DNA from: Vulcanimicrobiota bacterium
GTDB lineage: Bacteria; Vulcanimicrobiota; Vulcanimicrobiia; Vulcanimicrobiales; Vulcanimicrobiaceae
DNA: 10,607 bases
Reading direction: 5' to 3'
Assembly (NCBI GenBank): GCA_003133025.1
Contig: PKZK01000105.1
Span: forward strand, 1-10,607
How positions within the stretch are numbered: position 1 is the stretch's first letter; every line of letters starts with the position of its first letter. The translations under genes and the position numbers were made by a program. Below are positions 1 through 7,367 of this stretch, piece by piece. The notes beneath the pieces were generated by a model. The model did no database searches. It had not been told where the DNA came from and worked only from the letters and a program-made list of their open reading frames with translations.

Positions 1-10
1 GAGATCGCCC

Positions 11-26
11 ACTGAGGTAACTCAGT
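11..26. repeat. Short perfect inverted repeat ACTGAG-GTAA-CTCAGT over the rsmI stop codon
   Basis: A 6 bp stem with a 4 nt loop (GNRA-type on the + strand). It is AT-richer than its surroundings, no U-tract is visible and its function is unknown. Confidence 0.35.
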
Positions 27-882
27 CGCGCGTTCCGTTCCCGCCGCGCCGCGCGCGTTTGCGTTCCACGATCGTGGCGTAGACGTCGTCGCGCGCGAGC
101 GCGTGCCGGCGTGCAAGGGTTTTCGCGGCGGTCGCGACCGCGAGGCCGGCGTCTAGTGCCGCCTCGATGTCGGCGTTGAGATCCAGGCCGCTGTTCGGCG
201 CGCCTTGCGCTGCGGAGACGTCGTGCGGCGCAAGAAGTAACACGATCTCACCGCGCACCGGACGTTCGAGGGCGGCGAGCGCTTCCTCGGGTGTACCGAG
301 GATCTGTTGTTCGTGGAATTTCGTCAGTTCGCGTGCGACGAAGACACGCAGGCCGGGCGCGATGTCGTGTAACGCTTCGAGCGTTGCGATCAGGCGGTTC
401 GGCGCCTCGTACCACGCGCTCGTGACTCCGCGCGCGAGTGCCGCGGCAAAGGCGCGCTCCCGTTGGCCGGCCGCGCGCGGCACGAAGCCCTCAAAACTCA
501 AGCCGTTCGTGGGAAAGCCCGAAAGCACGGCGGCCGTAATGAAAGCGACCGGGCCGGGCAGCACCTCGACGACGACCCCGGCTTCGCGCGCCGCATTGAG
601 CAGCTCGCGCCCCGGATCCGAAATGCCGGGCATGCCCGCGTCGCTGACGACTACCACGCGTTCGGCCTGGGCTCGCTCGAGGATCGGCGCGGTCGCGCCG
701 GGGGCGTTCTGTTCGCGGTAGCTCCACAGCGGTTTGCCCGCGATGCCGTAGGCGGCGAGCAGTCGCCGGGCCACGCGGGTGTCCTCGGCCACGAGCAGAT
801 CGCACTCGCGCAGCGCGTCGAGCGCGCGCTGGGTGATGTCGCGCAGGTTGCCCAGCGGCGTGGGCACGAAGGTCAAACTCAA
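22..882 (-). CDS. rsmI: 16S rRNA (cytidine(1402)-2'-O)-methyltransferase
   Basis: The 286 aa product carries the typical RsmI/YraL motifs LTFVPTPLGNLRDITQRAL, AEDTR, VSDAGMPGISDPG, LPGP, FEGF, YEAPNRL and VARELTKFHE, GEIVL. It starts at TTG (880-882 on the - strand), with a weak GAGAG SD-like sequence upstream. Confidence 0.95.
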   Translation of the reverse strand: MSLTFVPTPLGNLRDITQRALDALRECDLLVAEDTRVARRLLAAYGIAGKPLWSYREQNAPGATAPILERAQAERVVVVSDAGMPGISDPGRELLNAAREAGVVVEVLPGPVAFITAAVLSGFPTNGLSFEGFVPRAAGQRERAFAAALARGVTSAWYEAPNRLIATLEALHDIAPGLRVFVARELTKFHEQQILGTPEEALAALERPVRGEIVLLLAPHDVSAAQGAPNSGLDLNADIEAALDAGLAVATAAKTLARRHALARDDVYATIVERKRARRGGNGTRD

Positions 883-2153
883 TGTCTGATCTCTCGAACG
901 GCGGACGCGGATTCGTCCGCGAGATCGAACTGCGCGGTCATATCCTCGACTCGGGCGTCTTCGGCCGCGTCCTCGAGCTGATCATGGACAACGAGTTCGC
1001 GAACTATACCATCGACAACTTCGTGGTGGGCAAGACCGCGACCGAGCCCAGCACCGCCCGGCTGCGCATCGAATCGGCCAGCCCGCAGACGCTGCAAGAC
1101 CTCGTCGACAAACTTCGCGACATCGGCGCGGTCGTGGCCGACGATACCGACGCGGAAACCGAACCTGCCCCGCGCGACGGCGTGTTGCCCGACCAATTTT
1201 ACGCCACCACGAATCTGGAAACCGAGGTGCGCGTCGAGGGCGCCTGGCTGCCGGTCGCGTTCACCGAGATGGATTGCGCGATCGTGATCGATGCCGACGA
1301 CGCGCGGACGGTCGCACCCTCCGACATCAAGGCCGGCGAGGCGGTGGTGGTGGGCCACGGCGGCGTGCGCGTGCAAGCGCTGCAACGTCCGCGGCGCAAG
1401 GCCGTCTTCGAATTCATGTCGAGCGCCGTGTCGAGCGAGAAGCCCAAGGAGTCGCTGATCGCCGAGATCGCGCGCGAACTGGCCGCGACGCGTGCGCAGG
1501 GCAAGCGCGTGCTGTTGGTCGGCGGTCCGGCGATCGTGCACACGGGCGCGGGAAAATACCTCGAACGCTTGATCCGGCACGATTTCATCGACGCGCTCTA
1601 CGCGGGCAACGCGCTCGCGGTGCACGACATCGAGTCGCAGTTCTTCGGCACGTCGCTCGGCGTCGATCTCGACGATGCGTTTCCGGTGGAAGAAGGCCAC
1701 GTGCACCATTTGCGCACGGTCAACCGGATCCGCGCGGCGGGCGGCATCGGACCGGCCATCGACTCGGGCTTGCTCGCCGGCGGCATCATGTTCGAAGCCT
1801 ACCGGAAGCGTATTCCGGTGGTGCTGGCCGGTTCGATCCGCGACGACGGCCCGTTGCCCGACGTGATCACCGACGTGGTCGAGGCGCAGCGCGCGATGCG
1901 CCGCCACGTGCCCGAGATCGGCATGGCGCTCATGGTCTGCACGCTGCTGCACTCGATTGCGGTGGGCAACCTGCTGCCCGCTTCGTGCAAAACGATCTGC
2001 GTCGACATCAATCCGGCCAGCGTGACCAAACTGACCGACCGCGGCACGACCCAGACGCTGGGCCTGGTGATGGATGCGGCCTCGTTTCTGCGCGAGTTGT
2101 GGCACGCGCTGACCGAGGTCCCGGCGCCCAAGGCGGTTCGCAGCCTGCGCTGA
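882..2153 (+). CDS. TIGR00300-family / LOR-SDH conserved-domain protein, putative ornithine cyclodeaminase (homolog of the ArgZ/AgrE C-terminal region)
   Basis: The 423 aa product has motifs IELRGHILDSG, DGVLPDQFYATTN, EMDCAIV, FEFMSSAVSSEKP, GGPAIVHTG, GNALAVHDIE, FGTSLG, GHVHHLRTVN, LAGSIRDDGPLPDVITD, TLLHSIAVGN, CVDINP and KLTDRG. ATG at 882 is preceded by GAAGG. Confidence 0.88.
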   Translation: MSDLSNGGRGFVREIELRGHILDSGVFGRVLELIMDNEFANYTIDNFVVGKTATEPSTARLRIESASPQTLQDLVDKLRDIGAVVADDTDAETEPAPRDGVLPDQFYATTNLETEVRVEGAWLPVAFTEMDCAIVIDADDARTVAPSDIKAGEAVVVGHGGVRVQALQRPRRKAVFEFMSSAVSSEKPKESLIAEIARELAATRAQGKRVLLVGGPAIVHTGAGKYLERLIRHDFIDALYAGNALAVHDIESQFFGTSLGVDLDDAFPVEEGHVHHLRTVNRIRAAGGIGPAIDSGLLAGGIMFEAYRKRIPVVLAGSIRDDGPLPDVITDVVEAQRAMRRHVPEIGMALMVCTLLHSIAVGNLLPASCKTICVDINPASVTKLTDRGTTQTLGLVMDAASFLRELWHALTEVPAPKAVRSLR

Positions 2154-2178
2154 CGGGCACCGGCCCGCCTGCCGATAG
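2150..2178 (+). promoter_or_regulatory. Candidate sigma28-family promoter (CTGACGG...GCCGATAG)
   Basis: GCCGATAG at 2171-2178 matches the sigma28 -10 consensus GCCGATAA at 7 of 8 positions. TGAC at 2151-2154 lies 16 nt upstream. The architecture is the same as at 4709-4737. Confidence 0.5.
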
Positions 2179-2185
2179 GTACTGC

Positions 2186-2209
2186 ATGAGGCCCCGAACC
2201 GCCCCGTGA
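2186..2209 (+). other. Putative leaderless upstream mini-ORF MRPRTAP* coupled to the GT-C start
   Basis: The sequence reads ATG AGG CCC CGA ACC GCC CCG TGA. The ATG is 7 nt after the candidate -10 box, and the TGA (2207-2209) overlaps GTG 2206-2208. Confidence 0.3.
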
Positions 2210-3606
2210 GTCCGGTCGCGATCACCGCCCTGTTCCTGTCTCTCTGGGAGATCATCGGCCGCAAGCTGCCGAGTTTGCCCCAGGGACCCTGGCCGCGCAT
2301 TCCGCGACTGGCCGTGGCCGTGGGTTCGCTCTTGCTCGTGGCCGGGTTCGGCGCGCAACTGCTGTTGCTCGCCTATCAGGCCGGTCACGACGGCGTGCGG
2401 CCCGACTGGGTCTCGCGCACGCCGTTCCTCTACGTTGACGAAGCCTTTCCGTTCGGCCCCGACCACAGGCTGATCTCGCTCGCGGCGCTGGCCGCGGTGC
2501 TCGCGCAGATGGCCGGTTTCTTGGCGCTGGTGGGCGCGGTAGCCCAACCCGCCGAGACGCCCGCCGACGCCGCAGCCGGCCGATTTTCGAGCGCGCTCGC
2601 GCCGCTGGTTGCGGGCGTCCTCGCGGTGCTCGCGCTCTGGTCACCGGCGGTCTCCTCGGGCGACGTGTTCGGGTACGCGGGCCTGGGCATGCTGGGCCCG
2701 CACCCCTTCGAGCGGCCGCCGCATTTCTTCAGGGGCGAATACGCGGCGGTGTTCGACTCGTGGCATCTGCGGCCCACGATCTACGGCCCGCTCTGGACCA
2801 CGCTCAACGCTGCGGTCGTGTCGTTCGGCACCACCTTCGCGGGCAAGGTGCTCGCGCTGCGCGTCTTCGGCTTGGTGCTGTTGCTCGCGTTAACCGGGCT
2901 CGTGCACGTGCTCGTGCGCTCGCGTGCGGTAACGCTCGCGGTGTTGCTCAATCCGATGCTCTGGCTGCAGTTCGTGACCAACGCGCACAACGACATCCTG
3001 GGCGCGTGTCTCTTGGCCGCCGCGCAGATCTTCATCGTGCGCAAGCGCCCGGCGCTTGCGGTGTTCTGCGTGGCGGGCGCGGGCTTGGTGAAGTTTCCAT
3101 TCGTCGTCATGGGCGCGGTTGCGTTTGCGCGGCAAGGCCCGCGTCGCGCCTTTGGGTACGCGGCCGCCGCCGCCGTCGTGTGCTTCGTGCTCTCGGCGAT
3201 CTTCGCGGGGCGTCCCTATCTCGATGCGCTCTTGCTGACGGCGCGCACGCGCGCGGCCTTTACCGATCCCGTGCTCAACGAGATCAAGCTCGTGCTGTCG
3301 CTGGCCACGCTGGCCGTCACCGCGATTATCCTGTTGCGCGGGAAGTATCCGGCGTTTGCGGGCTGGCTCTATACCGGCCTCGCGCCCGTGATGTTCCCGT
3401 GGTATCTGCTCTGGGCGGTGTCCTACTCGCTCTTCTCGCGCACCCTGCTGCTGGCGACGCTGCTCTCGCTGCCGCTCGTGGCGCTGCTTTCCGACGACGT
3501 CTACGCTTTCGACATGCTGGCCTTCGTGCTGCCGGCGGCGGCCGGCTTGTGGCTGCTCTGGAGCACGCGCGCGACGCCGGGGCGCTTGCGACCGGCGAGC
3601 CGATGA
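2206..3606 (+). CDS. Multi-pass GT-C fold glycosyltransferase, MptA/MptB (alpha-1,6-mannosyltransferase)/GT87-like
   Basis: The 466 aa product is very hydrophobic. Motifs SSGDVFGY..LG, HPF, PTIYGPLWT, LNPMLWLQFVTNAHNDILG, LVKFP and FPWYLLW match polyprenol-phosphate-sugar-dependent transferases. The GTG start is uncertain. Confidence 0.8.
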   Translation: MSPVAITALFLSLWEIIGRKLPSLPQGPWPRIPRLAVAVGSLLLVAGFGAQLLLLAYQAGHDGVRPDWVSRTPFLYVDEAFPFGPDHRLISLAALAAVLAQMAGFLALVGAVAQPAETPADAAAGRFSSALAPLVAGVLAVLALWSPAVSSGDVFGYAGLGMLGPHPFERPPHFFRGEYAAVFDSWHLRPTIYGPLWTTLNAAVVSFGTTFAGKVLALRVFGLVLLLALTGLVHVLVRSRAVTLAVLLNPMLWLQFVTNAHNDILGACLLAAAQIFIVRKRPALAVFCVAGAGLVKFPFVVMGAVAFARQGPRRAFGYAAAAAVVCFVLSAIFAGRPYLDALLLTARTRAAFTDPVLNEIKLVLSLATLAVTAIILLRGKYPAFAGWLYTGLAPVMFPWYLLWAVSYSLFSRTLLLATLLSLPLVALLSDDVYAFDMLAFVLPAAAGLWLLWSTRATPGRLRPASR

Positions 3607-4712
3607 AGGCTGCCGCCGAGCGGCCGCATCTCGCCTACGTCGACGGTCTGCGGGCGCTCGCGGCGCTCGGCGTCTTGTGGACGCACGGCATCGGTTGCGC
3701 GTATCGCGCGTGCGCGGGCGCGCACGTCGCGTGGCGCGACATCGGCGATCGCGGGGTCGAACTCTTCTTCGTCGTCTCGGGCTTCTGTTTGGCCTATCCG
3801 TTTCTGGCGCGCAAATATGCCGGACGCCCGGTCAAACTCGATTACGTGCGCTTTCTGGTGCGGCGCTTTTCGCGCATCGCGCCGCCGTACTACGCCGTCC
3901 TCGGTCTCCTCGCGTTGCTCGCGCTGACGCCGATCGGGTTTCCGGGGAACGCGACGCTCGGTCCGATTCCACCGGGCCTCGCGGCCTCGACGTTCGCGCG
4001 CGACGTCGTCTTCGATACCTCCGGCTGGCAACTCTACAACCTGGCCTTCTGGACGCTGGGCGTGGAGATGCACTGGTATTTGGTCTGCCCCCTCTTGATC
4101 GCGCTGTACTTGCGTTGGCCCGCGGCATTTTTCCTGACGATGCCGCTACTCTACGCGCTGAGCTTCTTTCCGCCGTTCGGGTTACCGCACGTCTTCGAAC
4201 TCGCGACGCTGCCGTGCTTCATGCTGGGCATCCTCGCCGCGGATCTGACGTTTCGGAAGAGGGCCGCGGCCCGATACGCGCTGGCCGTCGTGCCGGCGGC
4301 GCTGGTCATCGTGCTCTTCCGAGAAGGCTCGAAGGTCGACTTCACCGATCCGGGCTGGCATCTGCTCTCGTTCCTGATCGTTGTGCTCGCGGGCATGGCG
4401 CCGCTCTCGCGGTTCTTCGCGCTGCGCCCGATGGTCGCGGTGGGCGTGGCCTCGTACAGCATCTACCTCGTGCACTTTCCGGTCATCGGGTTCTTCGAGC
4501 GCCACGGGGTGCCGAGCTGGCCGGCGACGGCGATCGCACTCGGCGCGGGCTTCGCCTTCTGGCGGCTGGTCGAGGTGCCGTTCCTGCGGCCCGAGGTGCG
4601 CGGGCGCATCGAGTCGGGGCTCGAGGCGCTCCTCGGCCGTCTCAAGGTGCCGAGCTCCCTTACCTTACCGGGCCCGCCTCTGGCACCGCGCCCGGGCGGG
4701 CCCGGGGGCTAA
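3603..4712 (+). CDS. Acyltransferase-3 family (OafA/YrhL-like) membrane O-acyltransferase, no SGNH domain
   Basis: The true start is probably ATG 3603, which overlaps the upstream stop as ATGA, giving 369 aa. Motifs are YVDGLRALAALGVLWTH, GVELFFVVSGF, RRFSRIAPPY, FWTLGVEMHWY, GVASYSIYLVHFPVI and WRLVEVPF. The ORF-track extension to 2760 is an out-of-frame shadow. Confidence 0.92.
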   Translation: MKAAAERPHLAYVDGLRALAALGVLWTHGIGCAYRACAGAHVAWRDIGDRGVELFFVVSGFCLAYPFLARKYAGRPVKLDYVRFLVRRFSRIAPPYYAVLGLLALLALTPIGFPGNATLGPIPPGLAASTFARDVVFDTSGWQLYNLAFWTLGVEMHWYLVCPLLIALYLRWPAAFFLTMPLLYALSFFPPFGLPHVFELATLPCFMLGILAADLTFRKRAAARYALAVVPAALVIVLFREGSKVDFTDPGWHLLSFLIVVLAGMAPLSRFFALRPMVAVGVASYSIYLVHFPVIGFFERHGVPSWPATAIALGAGFAFWRLVEVPFLRPEVRGRIESGLEALLGRLKVPSSLTLPGPPLAPRPGGPGG

Positions 4713-4737
4713 CGGGCGGCCCCGGCGGAGCCGAAAC
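4709..4737 (+). promoter_or_regulatory. Candidate internal sigma28-family promoter (CTAACGG...GCCGAAAC)
   Basis: TAAC (4710-4713) is followed by 16 nt, then GCCGAAAC (4730-4737), then 7 nt, then ATG 4745. The spacing is identical to the 2150-2188 site. Confidence 0.5.
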
Positions 4738-4744
4738 GTTGAGT

Positions 4745-5743
4745 ATGGTCGTCTGCGTCATTCCGGCGTTCCGCGCGGCGAGATCGATCGCGGACGTCGT
4801 CCGGGGCGCGCTCGAGTGCGTCGACCACGTGGTGGTCGTGGATGACGCGTGCCCCGAATCGACCGGGAAGATCGTGGAGCGCGAATTTCGCGCCGACCCG
4901 CGGGTCGAGTGCATCGTCCGCACGCAGAACGGCGGCGTGGGCGCCGCCACCAAGACGGGGATCGCCCGCGCGCTCGAACTCGGCGCGACCTTCGTCGTGA
5001 AGCTCGACGCCGACGGCCAGATGGATCCGTACTACATTCCCGCGATGCAAGACGTGCTGCGCTCCAAGCCGCAGGTCGCGCTGGTGAAGGGGAACCGCTT
5101 CTACGACTCCTCGGTCGCGCGCGCGATGCCCACCGTGCGTCTGCTGGGCAACTCCGTGCTGACCCTGCTGGTGCGCATCGCGACGGGTCTCTGGGGCAGC
5201 ATCGACCCGACGAACGGCTACTTCATGGTCCGCGCCTCGAGCTTGAAACGCATTCGCTTCGAGCGTCTGGCGAATCGCTACTATTTCGAGATCTCGCTGC
5301 TGGCCGCGCTCGCGATGCGCCGCTCGGAAATCGCCGAAATGGAGATGCCCGCGATCTACGGCAACCATCCGAGCAGCCTGAACGTCTGGAAAACGGCCGT
5401 CGAGTTTCCGGGAAAGTTACTGGCCACGCTGACCAAACGGCTACTCTGGCAGTACCTGATCAGCGACATGAACGTCGGCTCGGTCATGCTCGGCTTGGGC
5501 TCGTTGCTGATGACGGCCGCCGTGCTGTACGGCGGAGCGCAGTGGATCGAAACGGTGCGTTCGGGCATTCCGCGCACGCCGGGCACGGTCATGCTGGCCT
5601 TTCTGCCGTTCATCACGGGCTTCCAACTGCTGGTCAACGCGCTGATCTACGACGTCCAGTTCTCGCCCAAGGTGCACAACGTGTCGCTCGAAGAGCGCGT
5701 CGAGGTGCCCGCGCTGCCCCTGCGTTCGCTGGTCAACTCGTGA
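4745..5743 (+). CDS. GT2 family, DPM1/GtrB/ArnC-like polyprenol-phosphate glycosyltransferase with two C-terminal TM helices
   Basis: Start is ATG 4745 (332 aa). Motifs are VCVIPAF, VVVVDDACPE, NGGVGAA, VKLDADGQMDP (DxD), KGNRF, R.LGN and DPTNGY. The C-terminal hydrophobic segments are VGSVMLGLGSLLMTAAVLYG and VMLAFLPFITGFQLLVNALIY. Confidence 0.88.
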   Translation: MVVCVIPAFRAARSIADVVRGALECVDHVVVVDDACPESTGKIVEREFRADPRVECIVRTQNGGVGAATKTGIARALELGATFVVKLDADGQMDPYYIPAMQDVLRSKPQVALVKGNRFYDSSVARAMPTVRLLGNSVLTLLVRIATGLWGSIDPTNGYFMVRASSLKRIRFERLANRYYFEISLLAALAMRRSEIAEMEMPAIYGNHPSSLNVWKTAVEFPGKLLATLTKRLLWQYLISDMNVGSVMLGLGSLLMTAAVLYGGAQWIETVRSGIPRTPGTVMLAFLPFITGFQLLVNALIYDVQFSPKVHNVSLEERVEVPALPLRSLVNS

Positions 5744-6555
5744 GCCTCGACCGCGCGGCGCCGGTGCCGCTCAGCGTCGTCGTGCCCTCGTTGAATCAAG
5801 GACACTTCATCCGCCGCACGCTGGACTCCATCCTCGATCAAAGTATCGAAAATCTTGAGGTCATCGTCGTCGACGGCGGCTCGGGCGACGACACGCTCGA
5901 GGTCTTGCGCGGCTACGGCGAGCGCATTACGTGGACGAGCGAACCCGACCGCGGCCAGAGCGACGCGATCAACAAGGGTCTGCGCCGCGCACGCGGCGAG
6001 ATCGTCTGCTACCTCAATTCCGACGACCTCTTCGAACCGGGCGCTCTGCGCGCGGTGCTCGATCACTTTGCCGCGCATCCCGGCACGCAGTGGCTCTTCG
6101 GCCGCTGCCGCATCATCGACGGCGCGGGCGCACCCATCCGTTCGCTGGTGGACACGTACAAAACGCTGTGGGCCCGGTTCGTGCGCCTGCGCGCGTCGCT
6201 GCTCGTGTTGAACTACATACCGCAGCCGGCGACGTTCTGGCGGGCATCGGCGACGGCGCAGGTCGGCCTGATCGACGAGTCGCTCTACTACGCGATGGAC
6301 TACGACCTGTGGTTGCGCCTCTCGACGCTCGGCCGGCCTGCATTCCTCGACCGGTACCTCGCGAGCTTTCGCATCCACGACGGTTCGAAGAGCCTCAACG
6401 GCGCGCGCAAACAGCTCGCGGAAGCGTGCGACGTCGCGCAGCGCCACGGTGCGGGCGCGTTACTGCCCCTTCATCGCGCGCACGATCGGGCGACGTTACT
6501 CGCCTACGGCTCGCGCTACGACCAGAAGATTCAACCGGCAGGCTCGCACGCCTGA
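5740..6555 (+). CDS. GT2 family soluble glycosyltransferase (WcaE/WfgS-like)
   Basis: Start is GTG 5740 in a GTGA overlap (271 aa). Motifs are LSVVVPSLNQG, VIVVDGGSGDDT, SEPDRGQSDAINKG, YLNSDD, PQPATFWR, YAMDYDLWLR and FRIHDGSKS. Confidence 0.92.
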   Translation: MSLDRAAPVPLSVVVPSLNQGHFIRRTLDSILDQSIENLEVIVVDGGSGDDTLEVLRGYGERITWTSEPDRGQSDAINKGLRRARGEIVCYLNSDDLFEPGALRAVLDHFAAHPGTQWLFGRCRIIDGAGAPIRSLVDTYKTLWARFVRLRASLLVLNYIPQPATFWRASATAQVGLIDESLYYAMDYDLWLRLSTLGRPAFLDRYLASFRIHDGSKSLNGARKQLAEACDVAQRHGAGALLPLHRAHDRATLLAYGSRYDQKIQPAGSHA

Positions 6556-6575
6556 CGCCTGAAAAGAGGCGGGAC

Positions 6576-7367
6576 ATGACGGCTTCCGCCATCGCGATCT
6601 TGCAGACGGGCCGGCTCGGCGATCTGTGGTTTACTGTTCCGCTCGCCGACCATCTCGCGAGCCGAGGGCATACCGTCGAAGTGTGGTACGACGGCAATTA
6701 CGGCGACCCGTTTACGTTCTTTCCCTCGGTGACGCCGAAGCCGGTAAGACTCCGGGGCGTGTTGCCGGGAGCGGGCCGCATCGCGACCGTCGCGAACTCC
6801 GCCGCGGCGCAATTGGTTCTCTACGCGCAGCTCAAACGGCTTGGGCGCACGGTGATCTGGAATCAGATCTATCCGTTCCGCGTCGGCGCGTATCTCGAGA
6901 ACAGACCGTACCCTTTCTATTGGTACCGGCACTTTCCCGAGGTCGCGTTCCGCCGGGCGCGCACGACGTTGACGCTTGCGAACGACCGGACGATCCTCTA
7001 TTTTGCCGCGAGCGCGTCGCTGCGCATCGACGACGGCGGCGCGTATCGCAGTTGGCTCGAAGCGAATCTGCACGAACTGGAGACGCATACGGGCTATCGC
7101 GTGATCTACGTGCCGCCGCCCGGCGGCCCTGAGCATCCGCGGTACGAGACCTGGCGCGGCGACCTCGCGGCCTATCAGCAGTTGATCGCTCGTTGCGGCA
7201 TCGTCTTCGGCATCAGCACCTCGGCGCACGTGCTCGGACAGTTGCTCGGTAAGACGGTCATCCCGTGTTATGTGAGTCGCAGCCGGCTCGTCGACACGAT
7301 CGGTGAGGAGAGCGTGCGGCTCTTTCCGGGAGATACGCTCGGGCCCGAGGCGCTGTCGCGCTTGTGA
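6576..7367 (+). CDS. Divergent GT-B glycosyltransferase, GT9 (heptosyltransferase)-like
   Basis: ATG 6576 follows the SD-like AAGAGG (263 aa). The N-terminal ILQTGRLGDLWFTVPLADHL resembles the GT9 GD motif. The C-terminal LAAYQQLIARCGIVFGISTSAHVLGQLLGKTVI resembles GT9 L..LI..ADL.VG.DSG..HLAAALG.PTV. Confidence 0.6.
   Translation: MTASAIAILQTGRLGDLWFTVPLADHLASRGHTVEVWYDGNYGDPFTFFPSVTPKPVRLRGVLPGAGRIATVANSAAAQLVLYAQLKRLGRTVIWNQIYPFRVGAYLENRPYPFYWYRHFPEVAFRRARTTLTLANDRTILYFAASASLRIDDGGAYRSWLEANLHELETHTGYRVIYVPPPGGPEHPRYETWRGDLAAYQQLIARCGIVFGISTSAHVLGQLLGKTVIPCYVSRSRLVDTIGEESVRLFPGDTLGPEALSRL

Noticed and set aside
879..2300. 473 aa antisense ORF opposite the TIGR00300 gene, whose TGA overlaps the rsmI TTG (TTGA)
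   Set aside because: It is a codon-aligned antisense shadow typical of high-GC genes, with an Arg/His/Gln-rich composition and no recognisable motif. The stop/start overlap is probably coincidental, although a short coupled uORF from ATG 941 cannot be excluded.
2760..3602. Apparent 281 aa N-terminal extension making a 650 aa acyltransferase fusion
   Set aside because: It is Arg/Ala/Gly-rich off-frame text overlapping the GT-C gene. The real start is the ATGA-coupled ATG at 3603.
4685..4735. GC-rich palindromic stretch (cccgggcgggcccgggg) as an intrinsic terminator
   Set aside because: It lies mostly within the acyltransferase coding end, has no U-tract, and such GC palindromes are expected by chance at this composition.
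3677..4744. Apparent long N-terminal extension of the DPM1-like GT2 (688 aa ORF)
   Set aside because: It is an off-frame read of the acyltransferase gene. GT2 homology starts at MVVCVIPAF (4745).
4849..6575. N-terminal extensions of the 568 aa and 478 aa ORFs, suggesting overprinted genes or frameshift fusions
   Set aside because: These are stop-poor alternative frames in high-GC DNA. Each real gene is complete with its own start (GTG 5740, ATG 6576), and no slippery sequence was noticed.
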